Origin: Candidatus Caenarcanales bacterium
GTDB lineage: Bacteria; Cyanobacteriota; Vampirovibrionia; LMEP-6097
Direction: 5' to 3'
NCBI GenBank assembly: GCA_044351165.1
Contig: JBILGG010000001.1
Location: 1-24,502 of the forward strand
Length of the DNA stretch: 24,502 bases
Shown here piece by piece: positions 1 through 10,468 of the stretch; the stretch's first letter is position 1, and the number at the start of each line of letters is the position of its first letter. Below the pieces are notes generated by a model. The model saw only the letters and a program-made list of their open reading frames with translations, was not told the DNA's origin and made no database searches. The position numbers were made by a program, and so were the translations under genes.

Positions 1-427
1 GATAGGCTGCTTGACTATGCCTATCGTCAGTCTTTTTTATTTTTTCTGTAATGTGTGCTAACAGATCATTAGCTTTTTTTTCTGCTTCATATTGCTGAGT
101 AGCACTTCTAGCTGGGTCAGTTAGAACGGTATCAAATAATCGGGTAGTTGTTTTTTTAGGATCTTGACTAGCTAGATTAGCTTCTTTTTTTGGTGTTGTA
201 TCACTAGTAGTGTCATTAGATTGTGTTGTCCCGTTGGTACCAGGTAAGCTTGTTCTTGCTTGTGCAGTTTGTTCTTTAGAAGTTTGAGCAGCACTTTCAG
301 CCCTCTGAGTATCAGATGCTGTATCTAGTTTATTTGATTTTTCGGACTCTAGCTCTTCTCTTCTTCTTTTTTCTTCAAGAGTTTCAGATGGTGAAAAGCT
401 AGCTCCCCCGCTGCTCACAGAAACCAT
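1..427 (-). CDS. Hypothetical protein, 5' part only (runs off window start); S/T/Q/K/E-rich low-complexity N-terminus
   Basis: Manual translation from ATG 427: MVSVSSGGASFSPSETLEEKRRREELESEK...; frame stays open for 142 codons to position 1. Absent from the ORF track because no stop lies in the window. Confidence 0.7.
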   Translation of the reverse strand, partial: MVSVSSGGASFSPSETLEEKRRREELESEKSNKLDTASDTQRAESAAQTSKEQTAQARTSLPGTNGTTQSNDTTSDTTPKKEANLASQDPKKTTTRLFDTVLTDPARSATQQYEAEKKANDLLAHITEKIKKTDDRHSQAAY

Positions 428-600
428 AGATCTTAAATAACAATCAAATATTATTGTTATGTTAAATTCCTAATTTCTTCTCATTATTTTAAACACCACC
501 TTTTACAACAATATCTTAAAATTAAATGAAAATCTTTCTCAATAAGCTCCAAATTAATACATAATATTAATGAGAATAATTCGCAATAAATCTTATTTCT

Positions 601-1641
601 TTGCAAATCAATCAACCAGTACTAACAGATCCATTTTTGGCCAATTTATCAGCAATGGCTGAAAATCTATCGCCCTCGCTGGCTCCGACTCAAGCTCCGC
701 AAATAACACTCCCTCCTCAGCCTGTTGCTCCTGTTATTACAGCGACCCAGAACCTTCTACATCAACCCCCAAGCGAAAAGCTTATAAAAACTCTTGGCGA
801 TTTTGGCACACTTGTCGATAAAGCTTCTACCTTCGAAATGGTTATGGCGGGCTTGGGCACGGTGTTTAGTGGGTTTCAAGCTGATTGGATAGCTTATTTT
901 TTAGAATCCTTCGGTGAAAAATCTGAAAATGCTTTTGTCTCTGATCGGCAAATACCCGATTATATTGCTAAGCCGCTTAAGTTTTTGGCAAAAGTCTATG
1001 GTATTAAAACCGAGTCAGGGACTGAGATTCAGACTAGTGATGATCTTAAAAAATCTCAAGAAAAACTAATCGGTGCGATAAATACTACTTTTTCAAGTTT
1101 TTCACTTCTCAATATTGTGTTTAGAACTATTCCTCACGCCCTAAAAAATATTTTTGGTAAAGCTCAGTCAGAGAGCGGATCTGGTGTCTTTAATTTTATA
1201 TCTACTAAGATTTTACCTTTTGCAAATGCTGGCTTGATGTGGGGCTCAGGCGCTGGCAAGCGCCAGTTAGCAGGCGCGATCCAGAAGCTTGATTATAATT
1301 CTTACCGTCATCAAGTCGATGGCGCGTGGGCATCTGGAGTGCAGGATTATCTCTGCGGTATGAATTCATTTGCCTTAATGGCTCGCCAAGCGATTTCTAG
1401 TTTTAGTCCTAAGCTTGCTAAACTGCTCGAGCCTGTTTTAGCATTATGGATCTCAGGATCCAGTCTAAAAGAGGGTTTGCACGCTCTTAATGGACACGAA
1501 GAAGAAACTCCTAAATATGAATTTGGATTTTTGGATAAATCTTTATTTGGTAATTTATCTTATAAACTCGCTCAGTTTTTAGCAGATAAGTTTCAAGTAA
1601 AATTACCAGAACTAAGCGCTAATGGTCTTAAGCATTCTTAG
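601..1641 (+). CDS. Hypothetical protein (346 aa), P/Q-rich N-terminus, several hydrophobic or amphipathic segments
   Basis: Long ORF, TTG start uncertain; no family motif recognised. Confidence 0.7.
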   Translation: MQINQPVLTDPFLANLSAMAENLSPSLAPTQAPQITLPPQPVAPVITATQNLLHQPPSEKLIKTLGDFGTLVDKASTFEMVMAGLGTVFSGFQADWIAYFLESFGEKSENAFVSDRQIPDYIAKPLKFLAKVYGIKTESGTEIQTSDDLKKSQEKLIGAINTTFSSFSLLNIVFRTIPHALKNIFGKAQSESGSGVFNFISTKILPFANAGLMWGSGAGKRQLAGAIQKLDYNSYRHQVDGAWASGVQDYLCGMNSFALMARQAISSFSPKLAKLLEPVLALWISGSSLKEGLHALNGHEEETPKYEFGFLDKSLFGNLSYKLAQFLADKFQVKLPELSANGLKHS

Positions 1642-2086
1642 TCATGTTCATCGCTTCTTGACTTGCTTTTTTAGCCATTTCTACGATACTTAAATTAGCT
1701 TTATACTGCCTAACAGCATTCATCATTTTGAGCATTTCGCCCGCCCCATCGACGTTTGAAGTCTCTACATTACCGTCTTTATCGGCAAGTGGGTGATTAG
1801 GCATAAATACTTTCATCCCTGGTGTTTGGTCTTCAACAATTTTTGCTATTTGCGGGCCAGCACCTTTGTGATCACCTTTTAAAAGATGCGAAACACCCTC
1901 ATGATCACCAAGTCCAGCCAGGATGGTCGAAAAACTTTCGTCTTGAGATCTAGCTGAAAACACCGGGCTTTTTGCTTTGTAGCCTGGAGTTAGCATATTG
2001 GACACATTCTCAGAAGCCAGTTCCATTGCGCCTCGCGTGGTAGTTAATCCATTGTGTGCGATGTGATAAATATCAAATATACTCAT
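1628..2086 (-). CDS. flgC: Flagellar basal-body rod protein FlgC
   Basis: N-terminal ENVSNMLTPGY (ANxxTPGY-like), NHPLADKDGNV, and C-terminal NVD..EM..M..A.R.Y.AN; directly downstream of flgB with a 1-nt TAATG overlap. Confidence 0.9.
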   Translation of the reverse strand: MSIFDIYHIAHNGLTTTRGAMELASENVSNMLTPGYKAKSPVFSARSQDESFSTILAGLGDHEGVSHLLKGDHKGAGPQIAKIVEDQTPGMKVFMPNHPLADKDGNVETSNVDGAGEMLKMMNAVRQYKANLSIVEMAKKASQEAMNMTKNA

Positions 2087-2436
2087 TATGCTGCCCTTCC
2101 TGATTGTGTTGCTTCTTCTAGACCTTTATAATAATCACCATTGATTTTCACTAAAAGTAAGTACTTCAAATGGTTTTCTGTCATTTCTGCTAATTCTTTT
2201 TCAAAACTTGGTTTAGTGCTGTGATCCTCATAGGTAGCGTTTTCTATGATGCGCTCGCCGTTAATTTCATTGATGCCTTTGCTGTTAAGATCTTTTATAA
2301 CCATTCCAAAATCCAGGTCCTGTCTAACGAAGCCCGGTGTACTAACGTTGGTTAGGTTATTGGATAGTAGCTGTTGCCGGTCAGCGACTGCATTTAATAG
2401 GACGTTGACGGTTTTTTCGTGGTGTGTTTTTAGCAT
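2086..2436 (-). CDS. flgB: Flagellar basal-body rod protein FlgB (divergent)
   Basis: RQQLLSNNLTNVSTPGFVRQDLDF matches the FlgB N-terminus; C-terminal EKELAEMTENHLKY; position before flgC. Confidence 0.8.
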   Translation of the reverse strand: MLKTHHEKTVNVLLNAVADRQQLLSNNLTNVSTPGFVRQDLDFGMVIKDLNSKGINEINGERIIENATYEDHSTKPSFEKELAEMTENHLKYLLLVKINGDYYKGLEEATQSGRAA

Positions 2437-2449
2437 AGGCTTGACTCTG

Positions 2450-2487
2450 TGCCTTAATATAAATAACCAGATTTAAGGTTTGGTTAA
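2450..2487 (-). promoter_or_regulatory. TTAAC-N6-TTAA-N4-GGTTATTTATA-N3-AGGCA motif upstream of flgB
   Basis: Minus strand reads ttaac caaacc ttaa atct ggttatttata tta aggca; the same fixed positions occur at 10431-10468 upstream of the M23 gene. Confidence 0.6.
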
Positions 2488-2500
2488 AGCCTCTTGCTTT

Positions 2501-2509
2501 TGTTATAAT
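2501..2509 (+). promoter_or_regulatory. Extended -10 promoter (TGtTATAAT) for proA operon
   Basis: Perfect TGnTATAAT, 8 nt before ATG 2518. Confidence 0.6.
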
Positions 2510-2517
2510 TCTTGATT

Positions 2518-3819
2518 ATGTCTAGTGATTGTTGCGATGATTCAGCTCTTGTTCAGGACCCTGATTTACAGTTATTATCAGCCCTAACCGACCAAATAAA
2601 AGAAGCTAAAACAGCTTCTTATCAAATGTCCATTTTAGCGGAGTCCCAAAAAAACTACGCTCTTGAGCTTATCGAAAGAGAATTGCGCGAGTCGGTTTCT
2701 ACTATTATTGAAGCTAATAAAAAAGATCTTGAAAACCCCGAAAACGCCAGTCTCACCCCTGCCATGAAAGACAGGCTTATGCTAAATGCCGAAAGAATTA
2801 TGGCGATTGCTAATAGCGTTAGAAAAATTACCGCCATGAAAGATCCCGTCGGTAATGTACTTGATGGCTGGCAGCACCCAAATGGTATGCGCATCACAAA
2901 AGTAAGAGTGCCGCTTGGCGTCATTGGCATTATTTACGAAGCGCGTCCAAATGTTACAGTCGATGCGATAGCTCTTGCCATCAAATCCGGTAATGCAGTG
3001 GTTTTGAGAGGCTCTAAGCAAGCTTGGTTTACTAATCATGCGATAGTTCAAGTAATTTTAAAAGCCCTAGAACAAACAGAAGTCCCGTTAAAAGCAATTC
3101 AATATCTAAAAGATCGCACTCGTGAAGGCTGTAAGCTGATACTGCGCGCTGAAGGTTTGATTGATTTGGTTATTCCGCGCGGCGGCGAAACTCTTAATAA
3201 ATTTGTTACTGACAATGCCATCATTCCCGTTCTGGGAGCGGGTGGCGGGACTTGCCATGTTTTTATCGATCAGTTTGCTGATATAGAAAAATCTATTGCG
3301 ATCTCGATTAATGCTAAGGTTTCGCGACCGAGTGTTTGTAATTCTTGCGAGACTATCTTGGTTCACGAAAATATAAAAGATATAATTCTGCCACGCTTGG
3401 TCGATGCTCTTCTATCCAAAAACGTCGAAATCATAGGCGACCAGAGCGTTGTAGCTCAGTTCCCATTTGTTAGCATGGCTCAAGAAGCTGATTGGCATAA
3501 AGAATATCTCGATTTAAAAGTCTCAATTAAAATTGTCCAAGATATCCACGAAGCTATTAGTCATATTAATCGTTACTCCACAGGTCACTCAGAAGCCATT
3601 ATTACTGAGGATTTGCAGAGCGCTGAGCTGTTTAAACGCATGATTAATTCAGCTTGCGTCTATGTGAATGTCAGCACTAGATTTACTGATGGCGAGGAGT
3701 TTGGTTTTGGGGCGGAGATGGGAATTAGCACAGTTAAAATGCACGCTCGCGGACCTATCGGCGCAAAAGAACTCTGCACCTATAAATATCTAATAGAGGG
3801 TAATGGACAAATCCGATAA
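2518..3819 (+). CDS. proA: Gamma-glutamyl phosphate reductase (glutamate-5-semialdehyde dehydrogenase)
   Basis: RVPLGVIGIIYEARPNVT, KSGNAVVLRGS, catalytic VCNSCET, STRFTDGEEFGFGAEMGIST, HARGPIG. ORF track starts at TTG 2512; ATG 2518 preferred. Confidence 0.97.
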   Translation: MSSDCCDDSALVQDPDLQLLSALTDQIKEAKTASYQMSILAESQKNYALELIERELRESVSTIIEANKKDLENPENASLTPAMKDRLMLNAERIMAIANSVRKITAMKDPVGNVLDGWQHPNGMRITKVRVPLGVIGIIYEARPNVTVDAIALAIKSGNAVVLRGSKQAWFTNHAIVQVILKALEQTEVPLKAIQYLKDRTREGCKLILRAEGLIDLVIPRGGETLNKFVTDNAIIPVLGAGGGTCHVFIDQFADIEKSIAISINAKVSRPSVCNSCETILVHENIKDIILPRLVDALLSKNVEIIGDQSVVAQFPFVSMAQEADWHKEYLDLKVSIKIVQDIHEAISHINRYSTGHSEAIITEDLQSAELFKRMINSACVYVNVSTRFTDGEEFGFGAEMGISTVKMHARGPIGAKELCTYKYLIEGNGQIR

Positions 3820-4411
3820 AATAGGGCTTTTGGGCGGTACTTTTGACCCGATCCATAATGGTCATATCGAGATGGCCCTTTATGCCCAAGCTCATTTTCA
3901 GCTCGATAAAATATTTTTTATCACCGCCAAAAATCCCCCTTTTAAATCTCAAACAGTTTTATTACCTGCTAATTTTCGTCACCGACTTGCTGAACTTGCG
4001 ATAAGTAATTATCCTAATTTTTTTGCAAGCCCCGTAGAACTCAATCGGGAAGGGGTTTCTTACGCTTACCAAACAGTCGAATATTTTAAATCTCAAAATC
4101 CTGATGCTGAATTGTTTTGGATTATGGGAATGGATGCCTATCAAACTCTTGACCAATGGAAAAACTCTGATTACATTAAATCTCAAGTAAAATTTATTGT
4201 GTTCGCGCGTGGCCCAAAATCTCCGCTATCAGAAGATGTTTTTTTAGTTGAAAATTTTGCCAATGCTACGAGCTCTACTCTCGTTCGTCAGATAATAGGA
4301 GACTGCGGAACTAACCAGATAACAAAAAAATCACTTTTAAAAGATCTTATCCCAGAATCTATTATTTCAATTTTGCTCAACCAAGCCCCAAAACCAGTAA
4401 TTAAGCACTAA
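3803..4411 (+). CDS. nadD: Nicotinate-nucleotide adenylyltransferase
   Basis: GGTFDPIHNGH (HxGH motif), PPFK, FWIMGMDA...W, SSTLVR; overlaps the proA end by 17 bp. Confidence 0.93.
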   Translation: MDKSDKIGLLGGTFDPIHNGHIEMALYAQAHFQLDKIFFITAKNPPFKSQTVLLPANFRHRLAELAISNYPNFFASPVELNREGVSYAYQTVEYFKSQNPDAELFWIMGMDAYQTLDQWKNSDYIKSQVKFIVFARGPKSPLSEDVFLVENFANATSSTLVRQIIGDCGTNQITKKSLLKDLIPESIISILLNQAPKPVIKH

Positions 4412-4475
4412 TTTTTACATCATTTAATTGAGTTAATGGTTAGCCCCTAGATTAATTCTGTGGAATAATAGAATT

Positions 4476-5018
4476 ATGGCAGATGATAAAAAATCAGCAC
4501 CCGCGGCCACAGGTGGTAATCCACCTAACATGATCATTTTGATTGTGTTTATTTTTATTGCCGCGTTTGGTGGAACTTTTTTGGCTTTTCAATTAGCCCC
4601 TAAGACAATCACCGTCAATCAAACTCTAAAAGAAACTCGCGAACCCAATGAAGGAGACCATTTGCCGATTTCTCCGCTTGGCGATTTTGTGGTGAATTTA
4701 GCAGATGTTAGCGGAAGTAGATTTTTAAAAATTTCAATTACAGCAAAACTTTATTCTGAAGATTTTGAAGAGTATTCTAAGCTTAAAGGTGAAGAAAAAC
4801 ACGCTTACCATTTAAGAATAGATGAAGAGCTTCAGCCGATGATGCCCGCTATTAAAGATGTGGTCATAACCACGCTTTCACGCAAAAAATCAGATGAAGT
4901 GATAGGCTACGAAAATAAAATCGCCCTAAAAGCTGAATTAAAAGAGCAGTTAAGCAATATCATGCACGGCGAATTCAAGATTTACGATATTTATTTTACA
5001 GATTTTATAGTTCAGTAA
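4476..5018 (+). CDS. fliL: Flagellar basal body-associated protein FliL
   Basis: Single N-terminal TM segment, then LGDFVVNLAD..RFLKISI, IKDVVITTLS, and C-terminal IYFTDFIVQ; upstream of fliM. Confidence 0.9.
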   Translation: MADDKKSAPAATGGNPPNMIILIVFIFIAAFGGTFLAFQLAPKTITVNQTLKETREPNEGDHLPISPLGDFVVNLADVSGSRFLKISITAKLYSEDFEEYSKLKGEEKHAYHLRIDEELQPMMPAIKDVVITTLSRKKSDEVIGYENKIALKAELKEQLSNIMHGEFKIYDIYFTDFIVQ

Positions 5019-5078
5019 ACTTAGCACCTAGGCTATTTGACCTATTTAGCTTACTTAGAGCTAGGGAATAATTTATAT

Positions 5079-7075
<1,997 letters not shown>

Positions 7076-7092
7076 TTAGAGCGGTATTGCTG

Positions 7093-7323
7093 TTAAATTA
7101 AAGTGCTCGGAATGAATCTTCGATTGTATTCTTCAGATCCCAAATTAAATTTTGTTCTCAAAAGATATATCCCGGTGCCGCTAGGAGGGGCTCCATAGGC
7201 TTTTTTATAAAGACCTGATAAAAACTTATAAGCTGATTCATCGTCCAAAGATTCTATTTGTAAGAGGTCTGCCTCTTCGATGCTTTCAATAAAATTATTA
7301 ATTATTCCTTCAGACAAAAACAT
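7093..7323 (-). CDS. Hypothetical protein (76 aa)
   Basis: ATG-started ORF filling the gap in a run of minus-strand genes; protein-like composition; no family recognised. Confidence 0.55.
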   Translation of the reverse strand: MFLSEGIINNFIESIEEADLLQIESLDDESAYKFLSGLYKKAYGAPPSGTGIYLLRTKFNLGSEEYNRRFIPSTLI

Positions 7324-7460
7324 CTTAAATATTATTTGCCCAAATTTCCAAAATATTATCTAAAATACGACGATAAATTTTTATTATCTTGGGCTATGAT
7401 AGCGGCTTTTGAGGATAATATTAAAAAAAATTAATGTTATCTACTGGTGAAAAGCGCAAT

Positions 7461-7877
7461 TTAGCGAAGAAGATAATTTATAGCCTGGGAAATTTTTGGG
7501 ATATAAGTATATTTGCCGCGTAAAGTCCAAATAATGGCATATAAAGTAAGTACCTGAGCTAGTAAGCTATATGCTTTTAGTAAACTTTGGCTAAGGTAGC
7601 CTAGTAGCGAAATGCTATTTTCAAACACCGTAAAAATTCCTAGAAAATTTGATAAAAAACTTATTACTAAGCTAAAAAAACTTGGCAAGAAAAAAATTAT
7701 CATATTGAGCAAAACCGCTTGGTAACAGTGATACTTCACAAAATCTTTTTGGTAAATTTTTCTAATGTTCGAGACAATAATCCATATTATCGGCACAAAA
7801 GTCATCAATGGAATAAAGTAACTGCTATATAGTATGGAGCAGAGAATCTTGTCTTTTGTGGTGGGAATATTTACCAT
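7461..7877 (-). CDS. Tic20/DUF4870-like membrane protein
   Basis: Hydrophobic helices, FVKYHCYQAVLL motif, and C-terminal G.Y..IP.IS typical of this family as I recall it; overlaps the hisS stop. Confidence 0.65.
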   Translation of the reverse strand: MVNIPTTKDKILCSILYSSYFIPLMTFVPIIWIIVSNIRKIYQKDFVKYHCYQAVLLNMIIFFLPSFFSLVISFLSNFLGIFTVFENSISLLGYLSQSLLKAYSLLAQVLTLYAIIWTLRGKYTYIPKISQAINYLLR

Positions 7878-9136
7878 AAATGTTGTTTTATAAAATCACC
7901 TAGCTCGTTTAGATTTCTAAATTCCGTTTCCTGAGTGGTTTTGGTGTTTTTGAGTTTGATTATGCCAGAGTTTCTTTCATCCGCCATAAAAAATATTATC
8001 CAATCGCAGTTTTTTTTCAGAGCTTTTTCAAGCTGTTTTTTAAATTTACTTAATTCATAATCTAATTCTACGGTAAGCCCTGGAATCAAGTCCCTAACCT
8101 GGTTTGCTAGGTTTAGAGCTGGCGTGCCCTCGTCGCTTATAATATATAACTTAGGAGTTTTTTCTGGCTGAAACTCGTTTTCTTTTAGCAGTTCAATAAT
8201 TCTTTCTTGCCCGCAAGCCCAGCCGCAAGCCGGTGTAGGAGCGCCTCCTAAGTAGCTCACCAGATTATCATATCTTCCACCAGCCAGAACAGTGCTTTGG
8301 TTAGCAAGCTTGATGGAGCTGGTTTTGATTTCAAAGACACAATGATTATAATAATCAAGACCCCTAACTAATTTAGGATCCACTACAAAATTTATATTTA
8401 GTGTCTTTAGTCCTAATAGAACCTCTTGCCAAATACTCTTGGATTCTTCATCAAAAAAATCTTGGATCAAGGGTGCATTTTTATAGAGTTCTTGATCTGC
8501 TTCCACCTTGCAATCCAGGCATCTGAGCGGGTTTTGGGTCATTCGGCGCTTGCAATCTTCGCAGACTTGCTCGGAGTATTGATTTAGAAAATCTTTTAAT
8601 GCGCTAGTGTAGTTAGCTCTAGAGTTTTTATTGCCGATCGAGTTTATATATAAAGTAAGATTTTGCAAACCTACGGACTTTAGAAATTTTATAGCTAAGT
8701 TAATTATTTCTAGATCTATAAAAGGTCCGTCGCTGCCGAGCGCTTCAGCACCAATTTGATGAAACTGTCTGTACCTGCCGGTTTGAGGACGCTCGTAGCG
8801 AAACATAGGTCCTTGGTACCAGAGCTTGATGGGCTTTTGGTTACGATCTAGATTATGTTCGATGTAGCTTCGAGCAACTCCTGCTGTGCCCTCGGGTCTA
8901 AGGGTCATAGATCTATCGCCACGATCTAAAAAAGTATACATTTCTTTATTGACGATATCGCTATCTTCTCCGACAGCTCGACTAAAAAGTTCCGTCGCTT
9001 CAAAAATTGGTGTGCGGATTTCTTTAAAGCCAGCACTCTTAAAAACCGCTTGGCTAGTGCTTTCTAGGTATTGCCATAGATCAGACTCTTCTAAAATCAC
9101 ATCATGAGTGCCTCTAGGCGCTTGGATTTTATTCAT
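7871..9136 (-). CDS. hisS: Histidine--tRNA ligase
   Basis: PRGTHD, LRPEGTAGVAR, motif 2 FRYERPQTGRYRQFHQIG, LVRGLDYY, motif 3 GGRYDNL; C-terminal anticodon-binding domain. Confidence 0.98.
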   Translation of the reverse strand: MNKIQAPRGTHDVILEESDLWQYLESTSQAVFKSAGFKEIRTPIFEATELFSRAVGEDSDIVNKEMYTFLDRGDRSMTLRPEGTAGVARSYIEHNLDRNQKPIKLWYQGPMFRYERPQTGRYRQFHQIGAEALGSDGPFIDLEIINLAIKFLKSVGLQNLTLYINSIGNKNSRANYTSALKDFLNQYSEQVCEDCKRRMTQNPLRCLDCKVEADQELYKNAPLIQDFFDEESKSIWQEVLLGLKTLNINFVVDPKLVRGLDYYNHCVFEIKTSSIKLANQSTVLAGGRYDNLVSYLGGAPTPACGWACGQERIIELLKENEFQPEKTPKLYIISDEGTPALNLANQVRDLIPGLTVELDYELSKFKKQLEKALKKNCDWIIFFMADERNSGIIKLKNTKTTQETEFRNLNELGDFIKQHLW

Positions 9137-9139
9137 GAC

Positions 9140-9961
9140 TTACCCTTTTATTTCTGGTATTTCTTCTTCTTGTTCTATGTCAGTAAATCCATCGGCGGCT
9201 TTTACATTAGGCTCAGGGATTGAGGTGTAGGCTAGCAAAGTAAAGCTAACATTTAGATCAGTATTTTGCGCTTCATCAAGCGGACTGCTTGATCTTTTTG
9301 CTCCAGAAAATCTTTTATCAGCACCCATCTGAGCCGCTACACCGCTTCTGGTGATAGTAAGATTAGATACTTCCACAGCTCGATAATAAGTAATAATGTC
9401 AGAAAAGAATTTATTATAGCTAGCGAATTTGCCGCGAGACTCAATATTGATGATGGTTTTGAGCACCATGGCGTGCTGTTCTTCTAGCTGTAGAGTTTTT
9501 CTTTTGGAGTAAGATTTTTTATTGGGCATTATTTCCTTGCCCGCGATCGTAATGGCCAAGGCGTCTTTAGGCATAAAGCTGATAATTTCTATATTGTTTT
9601 CTTTAGCCAGTAACTCAAGATCCCTAACTAAAAACCCCCTTTTTTCCGATAGCGGTAACTGGTCTTTTAGTGTGGCGATGTCTTTTATGATGCTATCTAA
9701 GTTATCTCTAGTTTCTTGAATTTTTTCTCTTGTTACCTGAGGCTCTCTGAGCTGATCTTGCAGGGATTGAATTTCAGTGTTGAGTTTGTTTGATTCATCT
9801 AAACTGGGTTTTAAAACATATAAAAAAACAACTACCGCAATAGCGACACTCAAAATAGCAAGAATATTTTTTTCTCTTTCTTGAATTATCATAAACTCTA
9901 AGGCTTTAAACCTATGTTTACATTCTATACCTGTTTTTGTGTTTTTGTGTTTTGAAGACAT
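9140..9961 (-). CDS. pilO: Type IV pilus assembly PilO-like protein
   Basis: N-terminal TM anchor (ILAILSVAIAVVVFLYVL), coiled coil, QLP...L..L..LA..N.I.I.SF.P, I...G.F..Y..F, then a beta-rich C-terminus. Start could be ATG 9892. Confidence 0.65.
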   Translation of the reverse strand: MSSKHKNTKTGIECKHRFKALEFMIIQEREKNILAILSVAIAVVVFLYVLKPSLDESNKLNTEIQSLQDQLREPQVTREKIQETRDNLDSIIKDIATLKDQLPLSEKRGFLVRDLELLAKENNIEIISFMPKDALAITIAGKEIMPNKKSYSKRKTLQLEEQHAMVLKTIINIESRGKFASYNKFFSDIITYYRAVEVSNLTITRSGVAAQMGADKRFSGAKRSSSPLDEAQNTDLNVSFTLLAYTSIPEPNVKAADGFTDIEQEEEIPEIKG

Positions 9962-10048
9962 TCCTACGAATTACGCAAAATTCTAAATAACACCAAGCGC
10001 CCAAAGCTTTTCAGGTAAAACCCCCACCCAAGAAGCATTTAGCGAATC

Positions 10049-10180
10049 CTAAATCATATCCAAAAACTCTTTCCAAGGATATACCGTAATATCTCCCAGG
10101 GCTCTGAAGCGAGGTACTCGAGCGATGCAGATCAGTTCTGCAGAAGGACAAATTTCTCGAAAAGAAAAAAGCCCTTTAAG
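10049..10180 (-). pseudogene. 3' remnant (about 43 codons) resembling the C-terminus of AAA+/DUF4143 ATP-binding proteins
   Basis: LKGLFSFREICPSAELICIARVPRFRALGDITVYPWKEFLDMI* resembles, from memory, the LKGL..F.E..P....I.......R..G.I...PW.EFL tail of that family. Bounded on both sides by repeat ends. Confidence 0.5.
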
Positions 10181-10321
10181 GATTCGCTGAAAAACGAAGT
10201 TTTGAGGCGGAATCCGCTTAACAAAAATATTAAGGATCTGCAAATCCACTCCCTGAGCCAAGATTCTTTCTTGGCTCAGGGTTGAAAAATTGACGAAGTC
10301 GAATTTTTCAGTGGATCCTTA
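10177..10321. mobile_element. MITE/REP-like element, 145 bp, 18-bp imperfect terminal inverted repeats, TTAA at both ends
   Basis: Left end taaggattcgctgaaaaa; right end (reverse complement) taaggatccactgaaaaa, 16/18 identical. Internal hairpins at 10205-10219, 10251-10281 (13-bp perfect stem) and 10283-10310. Confidence 0.6.
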
Positions 10322-10430
10322 AGATCGGCTTTGCTCCTATGAGAGTATCTTCTTTATATCAAATTTATATCAAAATATAAAAAGTGCTTTTCTAAGTCTG
10401 TTTTTGGTCGGGGTCTGAAAATAAGTGAGC

Positions 10431-10468
10431 TTAACTTATTTTTAACCCAGGTTATTTATAAATAGGCA
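10431..10468 (+). promoter_or_regulatory. TTAAC-N6-TTAA-N4-GGTTATTTATA-N3-AGGCA motif upstream of the M23 gene
   Basis: ttaac ttattt ttaa ccca ggttatttata aat aggca; matches the flgB upstream motif without gaps. Confidence 0.6.

Noticed and set aside
7324-7460. 137-bp gap checked for tRNA or a hidden ORF
   Set aside because: No cloverleaf or T-loop motif, and the minus-strand frames are closed by stops.
10181-10261. N-terminal part of the 70-aa ORF (10049-10261) as a real gene start
   Set aside because: It is translation through the repeat element; only the last 43 or so codons look protein-derived.
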